From a virus (Duplodnaviria > Caudoviricetes): a DNA stretch of 64,000 nucleotides. A model generated the notes under the pieces. The model was not told the origin of the DNA and made no database searches. It was given only the letters and a program-made list of their open reading frames with translations. Shown here piece after piece: positions 8,344 through 17,777 of the stretch. The stretch lies in IMG/VR virus record IMGVR_UViG_3300005739_000025; one strand, given 5' to 3'. Made by a program: the position numbers and the translations under genes. How positions within the stretch are numbered: position 1 is the first letter of the stretch; every line of letters begins with the position of its first letter.

Positions 8344-10141
8344 GAGAGTAAATTTTGAAAAGCTAGTTATAGAAAACTTTTTATCTATTGGAAATAAACC
8401 AGTAGAGATTAATTTTCGTTCTGGTTTACATGTTATAACCGGTATAAACAAAGACCAAGCTGATAGAAGAAATGGTATTGGTAAGAGTACGATATTGGAT
8501 GGTTTGAGTTTTGTATTGTTTGGCTCTACATTAAGAGAGCTTAAAAAAGAATTTGTAATAAACAATATTACAAAAAAGACTTCAAAGCTTACGTTAACGT
8601 TTTCTATTACTGAAAACAATGTAACAAATCACTACGAAGTTTTTAGATCAATAGAACCTAGTAAGTGTTATTTATACGAGAACGGTGTTGATATTACTCG
8701 TGACTCTATGGTTAATACTACAGAGTATATACAGAATATATTAAAACTTACTCCAGAAGTATTTCAAAACTGCATAGCTATGACGTTGAATAATATGATT
8801 CCGTTTATGGCTAAGAAAAAGATAGAAAAGAGAAAATTTATTGAAAGCATTTTTAATTTAGAAATCTTTAGCGAAATGAATAGCAATTTAAAAGTAGAAT
8901 TGCTCGAAGCTAAAAGAGAATTAGATATTAAAAATGGTAAGTATGAGGAGATTAAAAACTTCTTTAATGCACTCACCACACAAAACGAAAATAAAGAAAA
9001 AGAAAAACAAAGCAGAAAAGAAACTTTAAATAAACGACTTACAGATAATCAGAAAGAAATAGAACAAATTGATGCTAAAATCGATAAACACCAAAAATTA
9101 GATCTCACATCTGTTAAAGAAAAAATACAATTAGCTAACGAAAAGATTAATGAATTAACCACAAAGATTAATACCGTCGGTAAAGAAATTACATCGATAG
9201 AAACAAAAAGAGATTTTAGTAGATCATCCTTATTGAAGATTGGCACAGATAAAGAAACCTGTCCAGTATGTCTTAAACCGGTAACTGAAGCAGATAAGGA
9301 CCATATTAAAAATAAGAAAAAAACTTTTAATGATGAAATTAAGGCTTTTGAAAAAGATATTAAAGTGTTAGAAGAAAAACTTAATATTTACGAACAGTCT
9401 AAACATAAATTAAACGAAGCAGTTAATAAACTTAATGAAATCGTCAACAAGCAAAATGTTCAAAATGAACAGAAAAAACATTTCTTACAAAGAAGAAAAC
9501 AACTAGAAGATTACATTAAAGATATAGAAAAAGATTTAGAGGACTTAGATAAAACAAATACCGATTTTGGTAAGGCACTAAATGATCAAAAGGTAAAGTT
9601 AGATGATATAACAGCGGCATTAGAAAAAGACCGTCATAATATTAACATACTTGACTACGTAAAGTTCGTTTTAAGTGAAGATGGAGTTCGTAGTTATATT
9701 GTTAAGAAGATCTTGACTCTGTTTAATAACAAGCTATCACACTATCTTCGTAAGTTAAACTCTAATGCCTTTATAGCTTTTGATGAGTTCTTCGAAGAGA
9801 CTATAGTTAATAATAAAAACGTTCAAATGAGTTACTTCAATTATAGCGGTGCTGAAAAGAAAGTAATAGACCTTGCCATCATGTTTACATTTATAGAAAT
9901 GTTAAGATTACAAAGTGGTGTTATATATAATGTTCAGTTTTATGATGAGCTATTAGATACAAGTCTTGATGAAGCTGGTGTAGAGCTGGTTGTGTCATTG
10001 CTAAACGAACTCACCCAAACATTTGATTACGGTATATATATTATATCTCATAGGAAAGAATGCTCAAAACTCTCTACAGGAGACGTTATTTTCTTAGAAA
10101 AGAAGCAGGGTATAACTAAAAGAATACCCTTTGAAGGATAG
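8336..10141 (+). CDS. gp46: Rad50/SbcC-like ATPase gp46
   Basis: Walker A NGIGKS, coiled coil with CPVC zinc hook, signature YSGAEK, Walker B DELLD, ISH. Confidence 0.93.
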   Translation: MTKRVNFEKLVIENFLSIGNKPVEINFRSGLHVITGINKDQADRRNGIGKSTILDGLSFVLFGSTLRELKKEFVINNITKKTSKLTLTFSITENNVTNHYEVFRSIEPSKCYLYENGVDITRDSMVNTTEYIQNILKLTPEVFQNCIAMTLNNMIPFMAKKKIEKRKFIESIFNLEIFSEMNSNLKVELLEAKRELDIKNGKYEEIKNFFNALTTQNENKEKEKQSRKETLNKRLTDNQKEIEQIDAKIDKHQKLDLTSVKEKIQLANEKINELTTKINTVGKEITSIETKRDFSRSSLLKIGTDKETCPVCLKPVTEADKDHIKNKKKTFNDEIKAFEKDIKVLEEKLNIYEQSKHKLNEAVNKLNEIVNKQNVQNEQKKHFLQRRKQLEDYIKDIEKDLEDLDKTNTDFGKALNDQKVKLDDITAALEKDRHNINILDYVKFVLSEDGVRSYIVKKILTLFNNKLSHYLRKLNSNAFIAFDEFFEETIVNNKNVQMSYFNYSGAEKKVIDLAIMFTFIEMLRLQSGVIYNVQFYDELLDTSLDEAGVELVVSLLNELTQTFDYGIYIISHRKECSKLSTGDVIFLEKKQGITKRIPFEG

Positions 10142-10173
10142 TTGAAAGTTTTATTAAAGAAGTAAATAGATTT

Positions 10174-11412
10174 ATGTTTTTTCAAAAAAGTCCTATGATG
10201 ATGTCGCCGTTACAGCGTAACGCGCAAAAAATGACACCAACCTCTCCGATGATGCCAATGCAAGTGCCTGGAGCTCCGGGTCCGATGGTACCGCCAGAGA
10301 GCAATTTACCAAGAGCTATTCAATATTATGCTGATTATTCTGGTTGTGGTTTCTGGAGAATGATTTGGCCTGAACATATTATTAATGCTTATAATCATTG
10401 TACTGTTCATGGTAGTACAGTAATGTGTCTTGATCCCAGATGGTATGTTCAAGCTAAGGTTGTAAGAATACAAAGACAAGCAACAGAACATCAACTTCAA
10501 TTCGTTAAATTCCTTAAAGAAGTCCAAAGCCAAGTAGGATTCAGACTCATTTATGAAATCGATGATTTAGTATTCCATGAAGATATTCCCGAGTATAATA
10601 AATTTAAGCCAGCGTTTACTGATCCAAAGATCAGACAAAACATTTTGGAAATAATGAATCTCTGCGATGAAGTTACAGTAACTTGTCAATTCATGAAAGA
10701 TTATTATGAAGGTAAGACTGGACATAAAAATGTAACAATTATACCAAACTATCCACCAAAAATGTGGATTGGTAATCACTATGATCCTAAATGGATTTCA
10801 GATTCATATGATCAATTTCAAAGCAAGCCACGTATTTTATATGCTGGTTCTGGGGCACACTTCGACGTTGATAATAGAGTAGGTCAAAACGATGACTTTG
10901 CACACGTTATTAAAGCAATTGCTGACACAGTTGATAAGTTTCAGTGGGTGTTCCTCGGAGCATTTCCATTGCCGCTTAGACCTTTTGTTGAGTCTGGTAA
11001 AATAGAGTTTCACCCGTGGGTAAATCTCTACAACTATGGAGAAAAGATTAAAAACTTACGTATTAATATGATGGTTGCTCCATTACAGGACAACAACTTT
11101 AATAAATCTAAGTCAGATTTAAAATTAATTGAAGCTAATGCATTTGGTATTCCTATTGCATGTCAAAATCTTTGTACATATGAAGATGCACCATTTAAAT
11201 TTGATACAGGTGAAGAAATGATAGAGGTCGTTAAAGAAGTCTTAAGTAAGAAAGGTAGATATATGAATCTATCTGCAAAAGCTAGAGCTACAGCCAATAC
11301 AAGGTGGCTTGAGAACGAAGATAATCTTAAGGCCTATGTAGAGCTCTTTACCTTACCATGGGGCGACAAAAACAGAACTAAACTAAATGTTATTAACGGC
11401 ATTACCGTTTAA
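10174..11412 (+). CDS. putative glycosyltransferase (GT-B fold) with Met/Pro-rich N-terminus
   Basis: DYSGCGFWRMIWP, YEIDD, APLQDNNFNKSKSDLKLIEA; TAAATA lies 5 nt upstream (10163-10168). Confidence 0.75.
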   Translation: MFFQKSPMMMSPLQRNAQKMTPTSPMMPMQVPGAPGPMVPPESNLPRAIQYYADYSGCGFWRMIWPEHIINAYNHCTVHGSTVMCLDPRWYVQAKVVRIQRQATEHQLQFVKFLKEVQSQVGFRLIYEIDDLVFHEDIPEYNKFKPAFTDPKIRQNILEIMNLCDEVTVTCQFMKDYYEGKTGHKNVTIIPNYPPKMWIGNHYDPKWISDSYDQFQSKPRILYAGSGAHFDVDNRVGQNDDFAHVIKAIADTVDKFQWVFLGAFPLPLRPFVESGKIEFHPWVNLYNYGEKIKNLRINMMVAPLQDNNFNKSKSDLKLIEANAFGIPIACQNLCTYEDAPFKFDTGEEMIEVVKEVLSKKGRYMNLSAKARATANTRWLENEDNLKAYVELFTLPWGDKNRTKLNVINGITV

Positions 11413-11722
11413 TATTGCTGTAATATAAATAGCAAATACTAGGATAGGTAAAGAAAATCAAAAAAGGCCACCATAATGGTAAAGAAAATAATACTGTAAA
11501 TACTAAACCGACAACAAGCGATAACCAAAAACTTAAGCATATAAAACAAGAAATTAATTTACCTAAAATTTTTGATTTAATAAAAATTATATCATCAAAT
11601 TGATCCGGCATTAAATCTTTTTTAAATAATATTTTACCTAAAGTAATTTTTAAAGGTGAAAAAAACCATAAAAGTAGTACGCTATTGACGGTCAATAGTC
11701 CTATTAAATAAAAAAATATCAT
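11402..11722 (-). CDS. small multi-TM membrane protein with CxxCLSFW motif (DUF1360-like)
   Basis: About three hydrophobic helices; SCFICLSFW. Confidence 0.55.
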   Translation of the reverse strand: MIFFYLIGLLTVNSVLLLWFFSPLKITLGKILFKKDLMPDQFDDIIFIKSKILGKLISCFICLSFWLSLVVGLVFTVLFSLPLWWPFLIFFTYPSICYLYYSNIKR

Positions 11723-12021
11723 AATTTGTTAGCAATGTAAGAAGATATTATATTTAAATATTTTCTTTTTACGTGTTTTTCTACACATTTAAAGCACAAA
11801 TCTCTATTTTTTAATCCCTCTATTTCATTTAAATATTCTTTTCTCAACTCTTCACAATCAGGGATTATTTCTGGACAAACTTTTTCTTTATCAAACATTT
11901 CTTCACCAATAGTAAATAATTTAGAAATTTTGCCTATGTTTTTACAAGTCGGTAATATATATTGTAAAAATACAAATATTAATAAGCTAAAAAATAAAAA
12001 GTAAATTATTAAATTTGTCAT
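11719..12021 (-). CDS. membrane-anchored four-Cys domain protein
   Basis: N-terminal TM helix followed by CPEIIPDC...EY...CFKC...KY. Confidence 0.6.
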   Translation of the reverse strand: MTNLIIYFLFFSLLIFVFLQYILPTCKNIGKISKLFTIGEEMFDKEKVCPEIIPDCEELRKEYLNEIEGLKNRDLCFKCVEKHVKRKYLNIISSYIANKL

Positions 12022-12218
12022 ATACTAGGTTGTGCTAAAGATAATATTATAGTAACATATTTATTTCTCAAGCTTCTTTCAACGCATGAGCTACAAACTC
12101 CTTGCTCCCTATACCTGTCCAACTCTTTTTGATACTCCAGTCTTATTCTTTCACAGTTTGGTATTTCTGCGGGACATGGCTCGTCAAAGTTAAAAAATTT
12201 AAGTTGAATATCCTCCAT
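12018..12218 (-). CDS. soluble four-Cys domain protein, paralog of the adjacent gene
   Basis: CPAEIPNC...EY...CSSC...KY; 4-nt overlap with the next gene. Confidence 0.6.
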   Translation of the reverse strand: MEDIQLKFFNFDEPCPAEIPNCERIRLEYQKELDRYREQGVCSSCVERSLRNKYVTIILSLAQPSI

Positions 12219-12231
12219 AAAAATATATAAT
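12204..12231 (+). promoter_or_regulatory. sigma70-like promoter TTGAAT-N16-TATAAT for the DNA polymerase gene
   Basis: Motif read directly; 19 nt before the ATG, an exception to the short-leader rule. Confidence 0.55.
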
Positions 12232-12250
12232 TATCTAGTAATAAAAATCA

Positions 12251-14815
12251 ATGAGTTATAGAAATCTTGCTTATGATCCTAAAAATGAGTCGGTAAAGCT
12301 ATTTACTTGGGACGAGCACGGTAATAGAACATCTTACGATGTTTCGTATAACCCTTATCTCTATATAGAATCACATAATAAAGCGGATAAGAAAAGCATC
12401 TTTAATACTCCTCTTAAAAAGAAGGCATTTAAGAATCAATACGAGAGGTCAAAATACGTAAAGGAGTCTAATATTAAGAGACTTTTTGGCAATTTAACTA
12501 TTAATCAACAATTTTTAATAGATATGTTCTGGCAAGATTATGAGAAGCCAGAGTTCGTAAGAAATAATTTAAAGATAATGTTTTTGGATATTGAGACTTA
12601 TAGTGTAGAAGAATTTTCAACCCCCGAAAAGGCAGATCACCCTATTAATCTTATTACCTGTTATGACTCTCTTACAGAAAAATATATCACGTTCGGTCTT
12701 AAAAAAGAATACACACCTAAGCATTCAGATGAAAAGTATATCTGTTGTTTTAATGAAAAAGAGCTCTTATTAAAGTTTATAGATTATTGGTCTAAAGACT
12801 ACCCTGACGTTGTTTCGGGTTGGAACTCACATGGGTTTGATATTCCATATATCATTAACAGAATTACAAATATGCTCGGGTTTGAGTATGCTCAAAAACT
12901 TTCACCAGTAGGTAGAGTTTACAATAGATCAATGAAAGGTCAGTTCGGTAGAGAGCAAATACGCTGGTATATTGATGGACTTTCAAGCGTTGACTACCTG
13001 GATGTTTATAAAAGATTCGCTCCGAACCGTGAGAGTTATAAGCTGGATAACATCGCAAGACTTGAATTAGATGAGCAAAAAGTTGATTATGGTAGCACAA
13101 ATTTATCCGATTTAGCAGATACAAATTGGGAACTATTTGTAGATTATAACATTCAGGACGTTAAGCTAGTAGTTAAATTAGAGAAAACTTTAAAGTATAT
13201 TGAGTTATTAAGAATGTTATCTGTTGCTGGTCTAACGACTATGGAAGCTGCAATGGGCTCTATGACGGTTATTGTAGGTGCTTGTGCGATTAGAGCTCGG
13301 CAACGCGGTGAAATTATACCAACTTTTATTAGACCTCCCGATGATGGATCGCAAAATGCTGGCGCGTTTGTTAAGGATCCTGAGTCAGGTTTTCAGAAAA
13401 ATGTTGTGAGTTTTGACGCTAATTCTTTGTACCCAAACACAATGATTACGTTAAATTTGTCTCCAGAAACGAAGATAGGTAAAATTGTTGAGAAAGATGA
13501 CAGACAAGTAACCATTAAAGATGTTAATAATAACAATTTCAAACTGGCTATAGATAAGTTTGCTAAACTAGTTAAAGATCAAGAGTTAGCAATCTCTCGC
13601 GCTGGTGTATTATTCTCACAGAAGAAGAAAGGGTTAATCCCAGAAGTCGTCGACCATTACTATAATAAACGGGTAGAAGTTAAAAAAGAACTTAATAAAC
13701 TAAAAAGAAAATTAGCTCAGAACCCGGGTGATAAGCAGCTTGAGATAGAAATTAATAGGTTAGATATTAAACAATTAACAATTAAGATCTTTATTAACTC
13801 AGTGTATGGAGCGTTAGGCAATAAAGTATTTCCACTCGGTGATGACGACTTAGCTGAAAGCATTACACTAACAGGTCAAGCTGTTATTAAGGAAAGCGCT
13901 GAAATTGTTAAAAGGTACATTCAAAATAAAATCGGTAAGGACCCCGGTGAGGTTAACAAGTATTCAGATACAGACTCATGTTATTTTGTGCTGGATGAAC
14001 TAGTTCATCATATGAATATCGTTCCAGTAAAAAATAATAAGATTACAAAAGAATTTTATAATGTAGTTGAAGACGTTACGGAGTATCTCAATCAAGAAAT
14101 AACAGCTTGGGGTAAGAAAGTACTTAATAGCAAGGATTGTAGATTTATATTTAAGAGAGAGAAAATTTGCGACGTTGCTCTATTTTTACAGAAAAAAAGA
14201 TACGTCTTACATGTGCTGGACGACGAAGGCATTCCTTCTAATGAATTTAAATACGTTGGGGTAGAGGTTAAAAGAACTACAATGCCTGCAAGTGTTAAGC
14301 CTATAGTAAAAGAGATTATTGAAACAATGCTGCTCACACAAAACCAACAAGAGACAAATAAAATTGTTGAAAGAGCTTACGAAACATTTGTTAACTTACC
14401 CGTTGAAGAAATAGCAGAAACCTCAGGTATTAAGGGTTTAGAAAAGTATGCTAGCTTATGTGAAGGTTTTAAAACAAGTAAAGGAATGCCACATCACGTT
14501 AAGGCAGCTTATTTTCATAACGTTTTGCTATCTAAATTTGATATAGAAAAAAAATACGAAAAGATTCAATCCGGCGATAAAATTAAGCATTTTCAAGTTA
14601 AAACTCCAAATAGATATGGTATCAAAAAGATTGCCTACAAGTATTATTATCCTGAGGAATTTAAAGACTCGTTTCAGCCAGACCATGAAAAAATGTTTGA
14701 GAGGATTGTTTATTCTGTTGTAGAAAGATTTTACGATTGTGTAAAATGGAAGGCTAAAAAACCTGGTGAAATGTTTCAATCAGATTTATTTGACTTATTA
14801 AGTTTTGATAGTTGA
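12251..14815 (+). CDS. gp43: family B DNA polymerase gp43
   Basis: Exo DIET, GWNSHGFD and YNIQD; Pol SFDANSLYP, KIFINSVYG and YSDTDS. Confidence 0.96.
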   Translation: MSYRNLAYDPKNESVKLFTWDEHGNRTSYDVSYNPYLYIESHNKADKKSIFNTPLKKKAFKNQYERSKYVKESNIKRLFGNLTINQQFLIDMFWQDYEKPEFVRNNLKIMFLDIETYSVEEFSTPEKADHPINLITCYDSLTEKYITFGLKKEYTPKHSDEKYICCFNEKELLLKFIDYWSKDYPDVVSGWNSHGFDIPYIINRITNMLGFEYAQKLSPVGRVYNRSMKGQFGREQIRWYIDGLSSVDYLDVYKRFAPNRESYKLDNIARLELDEQKVDYGSTNLSDLADTNWELFVDYNIQDVKLVVKLEKTLKYIELLRMLSVAGLTTMEAAMGSMTVIVGACAIRARQRGEIIPTFIRPPDDGSQNAGAFVKDPESGFQKNVVSFDANSLYPNTMITLNLSPETKIGKIVEKDDRQVTIKDVNNNNFKLAIDKFAKLVKDQELAISRAGVLFSQKKKGLIPEVVDHYYNKRVEVKKELNKLKRKLAQNPGDKQLEIEINRLDIKQLTIKIFINSVYGALGNKVFPLGDDDLAESITLTGQAVIKESAEIVKRYIQNKIGKDPGEVNKYSDTDSCYFVLDELVHHMNIVPVKNNKITKEFYNVVEDVTEYLNQEITAWGKKVLNSKDCRFIFKREKICDVALFLQKKRYVLHVLDDEGIPSNEFKYVGVEVKRTTMPASVKPIVKEIIETMLLTQNQQETNKIVERAYETFVNLPVEEIAETSGIKGLEKYASLCEGFKTSKGMPHHVKAAYFHNVLLSKFDIEKKYEKIQSGDKIKHFQVKTPNRYGIKKIAYKYYYPEEFKDSFQPDHEKMFERIVYSVVERFYDCVKWKAKKPGEMFQSDLFDLLSFDS

Positions 14816-14845
14816 TTTTTTAATTATTAAAATTAAATTAAACAT

Positions 14846-15199
14846 ATGAAGAAAATAATCCTATTCATTGATCACGTCGGTTACACTGTAGTAGCTGAAG
14901 AAGTTAGCTCTGATGAAAAGAGCCTTGTTGTAAAGAACCCATCAGTTCTCCAAGCATCGCCCAATAATCAAAACCAACTTCAAGTTCAGTTGTTGCCTGT
15001 GCTCTTTAAGGAGTTTGTTGATTCTTCAGTAAGAGGTAAGGGTGTTACATTTACTTATCCTAAGGATAAAATTGTTGTTTCTGACGCTGACTTAGATCAG
15101 AGACTTAAGCAACAATATGAGCAAATGTTTACTGATACACCAAATGCTCAAGGTGCTAAGCCCTCTGAAGAAGTAATCAAACTTTTTGACGACGAATAA
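14846..15199 (+). CDS. conserved T4-like hypothetical protein, possible Sm-like fold
   Basis: Beta-rich N-terminus, KNP, and LKQQYEQMF tail; located next to the polymerase gene. Confidence 0.45.
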   Translation: MKKIILFIDHVGYTVVAEEVSSDEKSLVVKNPSVLQASPNNQNQLQVQLLPVLFKEFVDSSVRGKGVTFTYPKDKIVVSDADLDQRLKQQYEQMFTDTPNAQGAKPSEEVIKLFDDE

Positions 15200-15200
15200 G

Positions 15201-15228
15201 TTGAAATACAGAAATACTACTATATACT
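15201..15228 (+). promoter_or_regulatory. sigma70-like promoter TTGAAA-N16-TATACT
   Basis: 7 nt before the uvsX ATG. Confidence 0.65.
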
Positions 15229-15235
15229 TTCTTGT

Positions 15236-16294
15236 ATGAAAGATAAAAACTTACAAGATGTATTTGAAGTATTAGACGAGACCCCGTATACTACCTTTTT
15301 ATCAGAAAATACGTTATCAAACGTAGATAAATGGTATGATACGGGGTCTTATGCCTTAAACGCTATTATCTCAGGTAAAATTAAAGATGGTGGTGTTCCT
15401 AAGGGCAGAGTGATTATATTTGCTGGTGAAACAGGAACAGGGAAGACACTCTTAATTAATAAGATTCTTGGACTAGCTCAAAAACAAGGCATTCATCCAG
15501 TGATTTTTGATTCAGAGTTCGCCGTTGATGCCGAATCAGCTAAAAATGTTGGGCTTGATCCCGACAACACAAAATACGTACCTGTAGAAACAGTTGAAAG
15601 TTTAAGAAACTCTATATCTAAGTTCTTAGATAAGGTTATTGAGAACAAAATGCAAGGTAAATTTATTATCTCAATAGATAGCTTAGGCAACCTTTCATCT
15701 GAAAAAGAGCAACAAGACATCTTAAAAGATAAAGCAGCTGCTGATATGGGCTCTAGAGCAAAAGGTATTAAGAGTTTGCTTAGAACGCTTACATTGAAAG
15801 CAGGTCAAGCGGGTGTTACTGTTTTGATTTCTAATCATACCTACTCCGACCCGGTTGCTCTCTACCCGTCTTTAATTAAAAATCAATCTGGTGGTTCAGG
15901 TCCGCTTTATATGGCATCTGTCATTGTTCAATTAGCTAAAAAAAATGAAAAAGCTGAGACTGATGATGATGAAATTTTACCTGAAGCAAAAAATTATGCA
16001 GGTGCTACTTTAAGAGCACTTACAACTAAAAATAGATTTGTACCACCATTTTTAGAGACATCCTTGTATTTGAACTTTCTTAATGGGTTAGACAAATATT
16101 CTGGATTGTTTGATATGGCTATCAATCATGGCATTATTATCCAAACTGGATCTACATATACTATGCCAGATGGAACTAAACTAGGTTATAAGAAAAACTT
16201 TATTAATGAAAAGTTTTATGAGGAAGTTATTTTACCTGGATTAGAAAAGATTTTATCTGAAAAGTATAGATACTCTAAACCGGTTACGGAATAA
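15236..16294 (+). CDS. uvsX: RecA-like recombinase UvsX
   Basis: DTGSYALN, AGETGTGKT, FDSE, IDSLGNL, DMGSRAK, SGGSG. Confidence 0.93.
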   Translation: MKDKNLQDVFEVLDETPYTTFLSENTLSNVDKWYDTGSYALNAIISGKIKDGGVPKGRVIIFAGETGTGKTLLINKILGLAQKQGIHPVIFDSEFAVDAESAKNVGLDPDNTKYVPVETVESLRNSISKFLDKVIENKMQGKFIISIDSLGNLSSEKEQQDILKDKAAADMGSRAKGIKSLLRTLTLKAGQAGVTVLISNHTYSDPVALYPSLIKNQSGGSGPLYMASVIVQLAKKNEKAETDDDEILPEAKNYAGATLRALTTKNRFVPPFLETSLYLNFLNGLDKYSGLFDMAINHGIIIQTGSTYTMPDGTKLGYKKNFINEKFYEEVILPGLEKILSEKYRYSKPVTE

Positions 16295-16313
16295 TTCGAA
16301 ACCAAATACGCGG

Positions 16314-16348
16314 CCGCGTAGTCGGGTAACTGGCTACGCGGTTTTTTT
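16314..16348 (+). terminator. Rho-independent terminator after uvsX
   Basis: Stem CCGCGTAGTC / GGCTACGCGG (one G-U pair), 8-nt loop, then T7. Confidence 0.85.
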
Positions 16349-16349
16349 A

Positions 16350-16377
16350 TTGCATTATTAAAATAATTTTATATAAT
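16350..16377 (+). promoter_or_regulatory. sigma70-like promoter TTGCAT-N16-TATAAT
   Basis: Only 5 nt before the thyX ATG, implying a leaderless transcript. Confidence 0.7.
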
Positions 16378-16382
16378 TCATT

Positions 16383-17036
16383 ATGGTTACCTTAATTTCA
16401 GTAACAGAACCTAACGAATATCTAAAAAAGGAAGGTATTAAAACAGCTGAAGATTTAGTTGTTTTTGTCGCTAGGGTGTCGAATCCAAAAAATCAATTTA
16501 ACAGTAAAACAGGTCCAAAACTTTTATCCTATCTGATACAACATAAACATTGGAGCCCGTTTGAACATGTTTCTGCTACTTTAGAGATTAAAACTTCTAG
16601 AGCAATTGCAGCTCAACTATTAAGACATAGATCATTTACATTTCAAGAATTTAGTCAGCGCTACTCTTCAACAACTAGTTTAGAAAAATTAGAATGGAGA
16701 GAACAAGGTAAAACAAATAGACAGGTTGGTGATTCAGAAATAACTCTATCTGTTGTAGATCAAGGTATGGTCGATGCTGCGCAAAAAGCTTGTATCAAAA
16801 CATATGAAACCTTAATTGCAAATGGTATAGCTAAAGAATGTGCTAGAATGATTCTACCTCTTAATACCACATCTATAATATACATGACAGGAACGTTGAG
16901 ATCATGGATTCATTATATACAATTAAGAAACACAAAGGATACACAAAAAGAACATAGAGATATAGCTTTTAGCGTTAAGACTATACTTAAGACACAATTT
17001 CCAATAACGTTTGAAGTGTTGAAAGAATTAAAATAG
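16383..17036 (+). CDS. thyX: flavin-dependent thymidylate synthase ThyX
   Basis: HWSPFE, RAIAAQLLRHRSFTFQEFSQRY, ECARMILP. Confidence 0.95.
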   Translation: MVTLISVTEPNEYLKKEGIKTAEDLVVFVARVSNPKNQFNSKTGPKLLSYLIQHKHWSPFEHVSATLEIKTSRAIAAQLLRHRSFTFQEFSQRYSSTTSLEKLEWREQGKTNRQVGDSEITLSVVDQGMVDAAQKACIKTYETLIANGIAKECARMILPLNTTSIIYMTGTLRSWIHYIQLRNTKDTQKEHRDIAFSVKTILKTQFPITFEVLKELK

Positions 17037-17050
17037 ATATATAATAAGTT

Positions 17051-17773
17051 ATGAGCAAAAAGAAAATAGTAGTAACGGTTTCTGGGGGTATGGATAGCGC
17101 GGTACTACTTTATATGGCAGTACAAAAAGTCGGTAAAAATAATGTCTACCCTTTGTTTTTTAATTACAACCAACGTCATATACGAGAGTTGGGATGTGCC
17201 CGGGGGTTAGTAATGAATGTTTTAGATAAAGAACTTAAAGAGATTGACGTTTCTTTTATTCGAGAATTAGCTCCTACTAGCTCACTCACAAATGATGATA
17301 TTGAGACACCAAAAGTGGATGAAGTAATGGGTGAAGCACAACCAAAATCATACGTACCATTTAGAAACTTAATGTTTTTAAGTATCTGTTGCTCATATGC
17401 GGAGAGTGTAGATGCCAGTGAGGTGTGGTATGGTGCAACACAAATAGATAGCTTAGCTGGTTACTGGGATGCGGAAGAAAACTTTGTTAAAAAAGTTAAC
17501 CAAGTGGTAAAGTTAAATAGAGAAAAGAAAATTAAAGTTGTCGCGCCATTGCTCAGTGCAAATAAATCAGATATTGTAATGAAAGGTGTTGAGTTGGGAG
17601 TGCCTTTTGATATGACCTATACCTGTTATTCAGGGGATATGCCCGCAGATGCAACATCTGCGTCTTCCTCTTTAAGAATAAAGGGATTTTTAATGGCAGG
17701 TTATATCGATCCTATGCCCTACAAACAAGATTTAACTGAGATCTGGCAAAAGCATAATTGCAAAATAATATAA
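17051..17773 (+). CDS. queC: QueC-family ATP pyrophosphatase (7-cyano-7-deazaguanine synthase-like) with degenerate Zn site
   Basis: SGGMDS PP-loop, FNYNQRH, SSLT, YVPFRN, APL..NKSDIV, TCY. The zinc ligands read C-x7-D-x2-S-x2-S. Confidence 0.85.
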   Translation: MSKKKIVVTVSGGMDSAVLLYMAVQKVGKNNVYPLFFNYNQRHIRELGCARGLVMNVLDKELKEIDVSFIRELAPTSSLTNDDIETPKVDEVMGEAQPKSYVPFRNLMFLSICCSYAESVDASEVWYGATQIDSLAGYWDAEENFVKKVNQVVKLNREKKIKVVAPLLSANKSDIVMKGVELGVPFDMTYTCYSGDMPADATSASSSLRIKGFLMAGYIDPMPYKQDLTEIWQKHNCKII

Positions 17774-17777
17774 TACT

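Noticed and set aside
12251-14815. Intein, intron or split in gp43 (and in gp17, gp41 or thyX)
   Set aside because: All have normal lengths and contiguous motifs.
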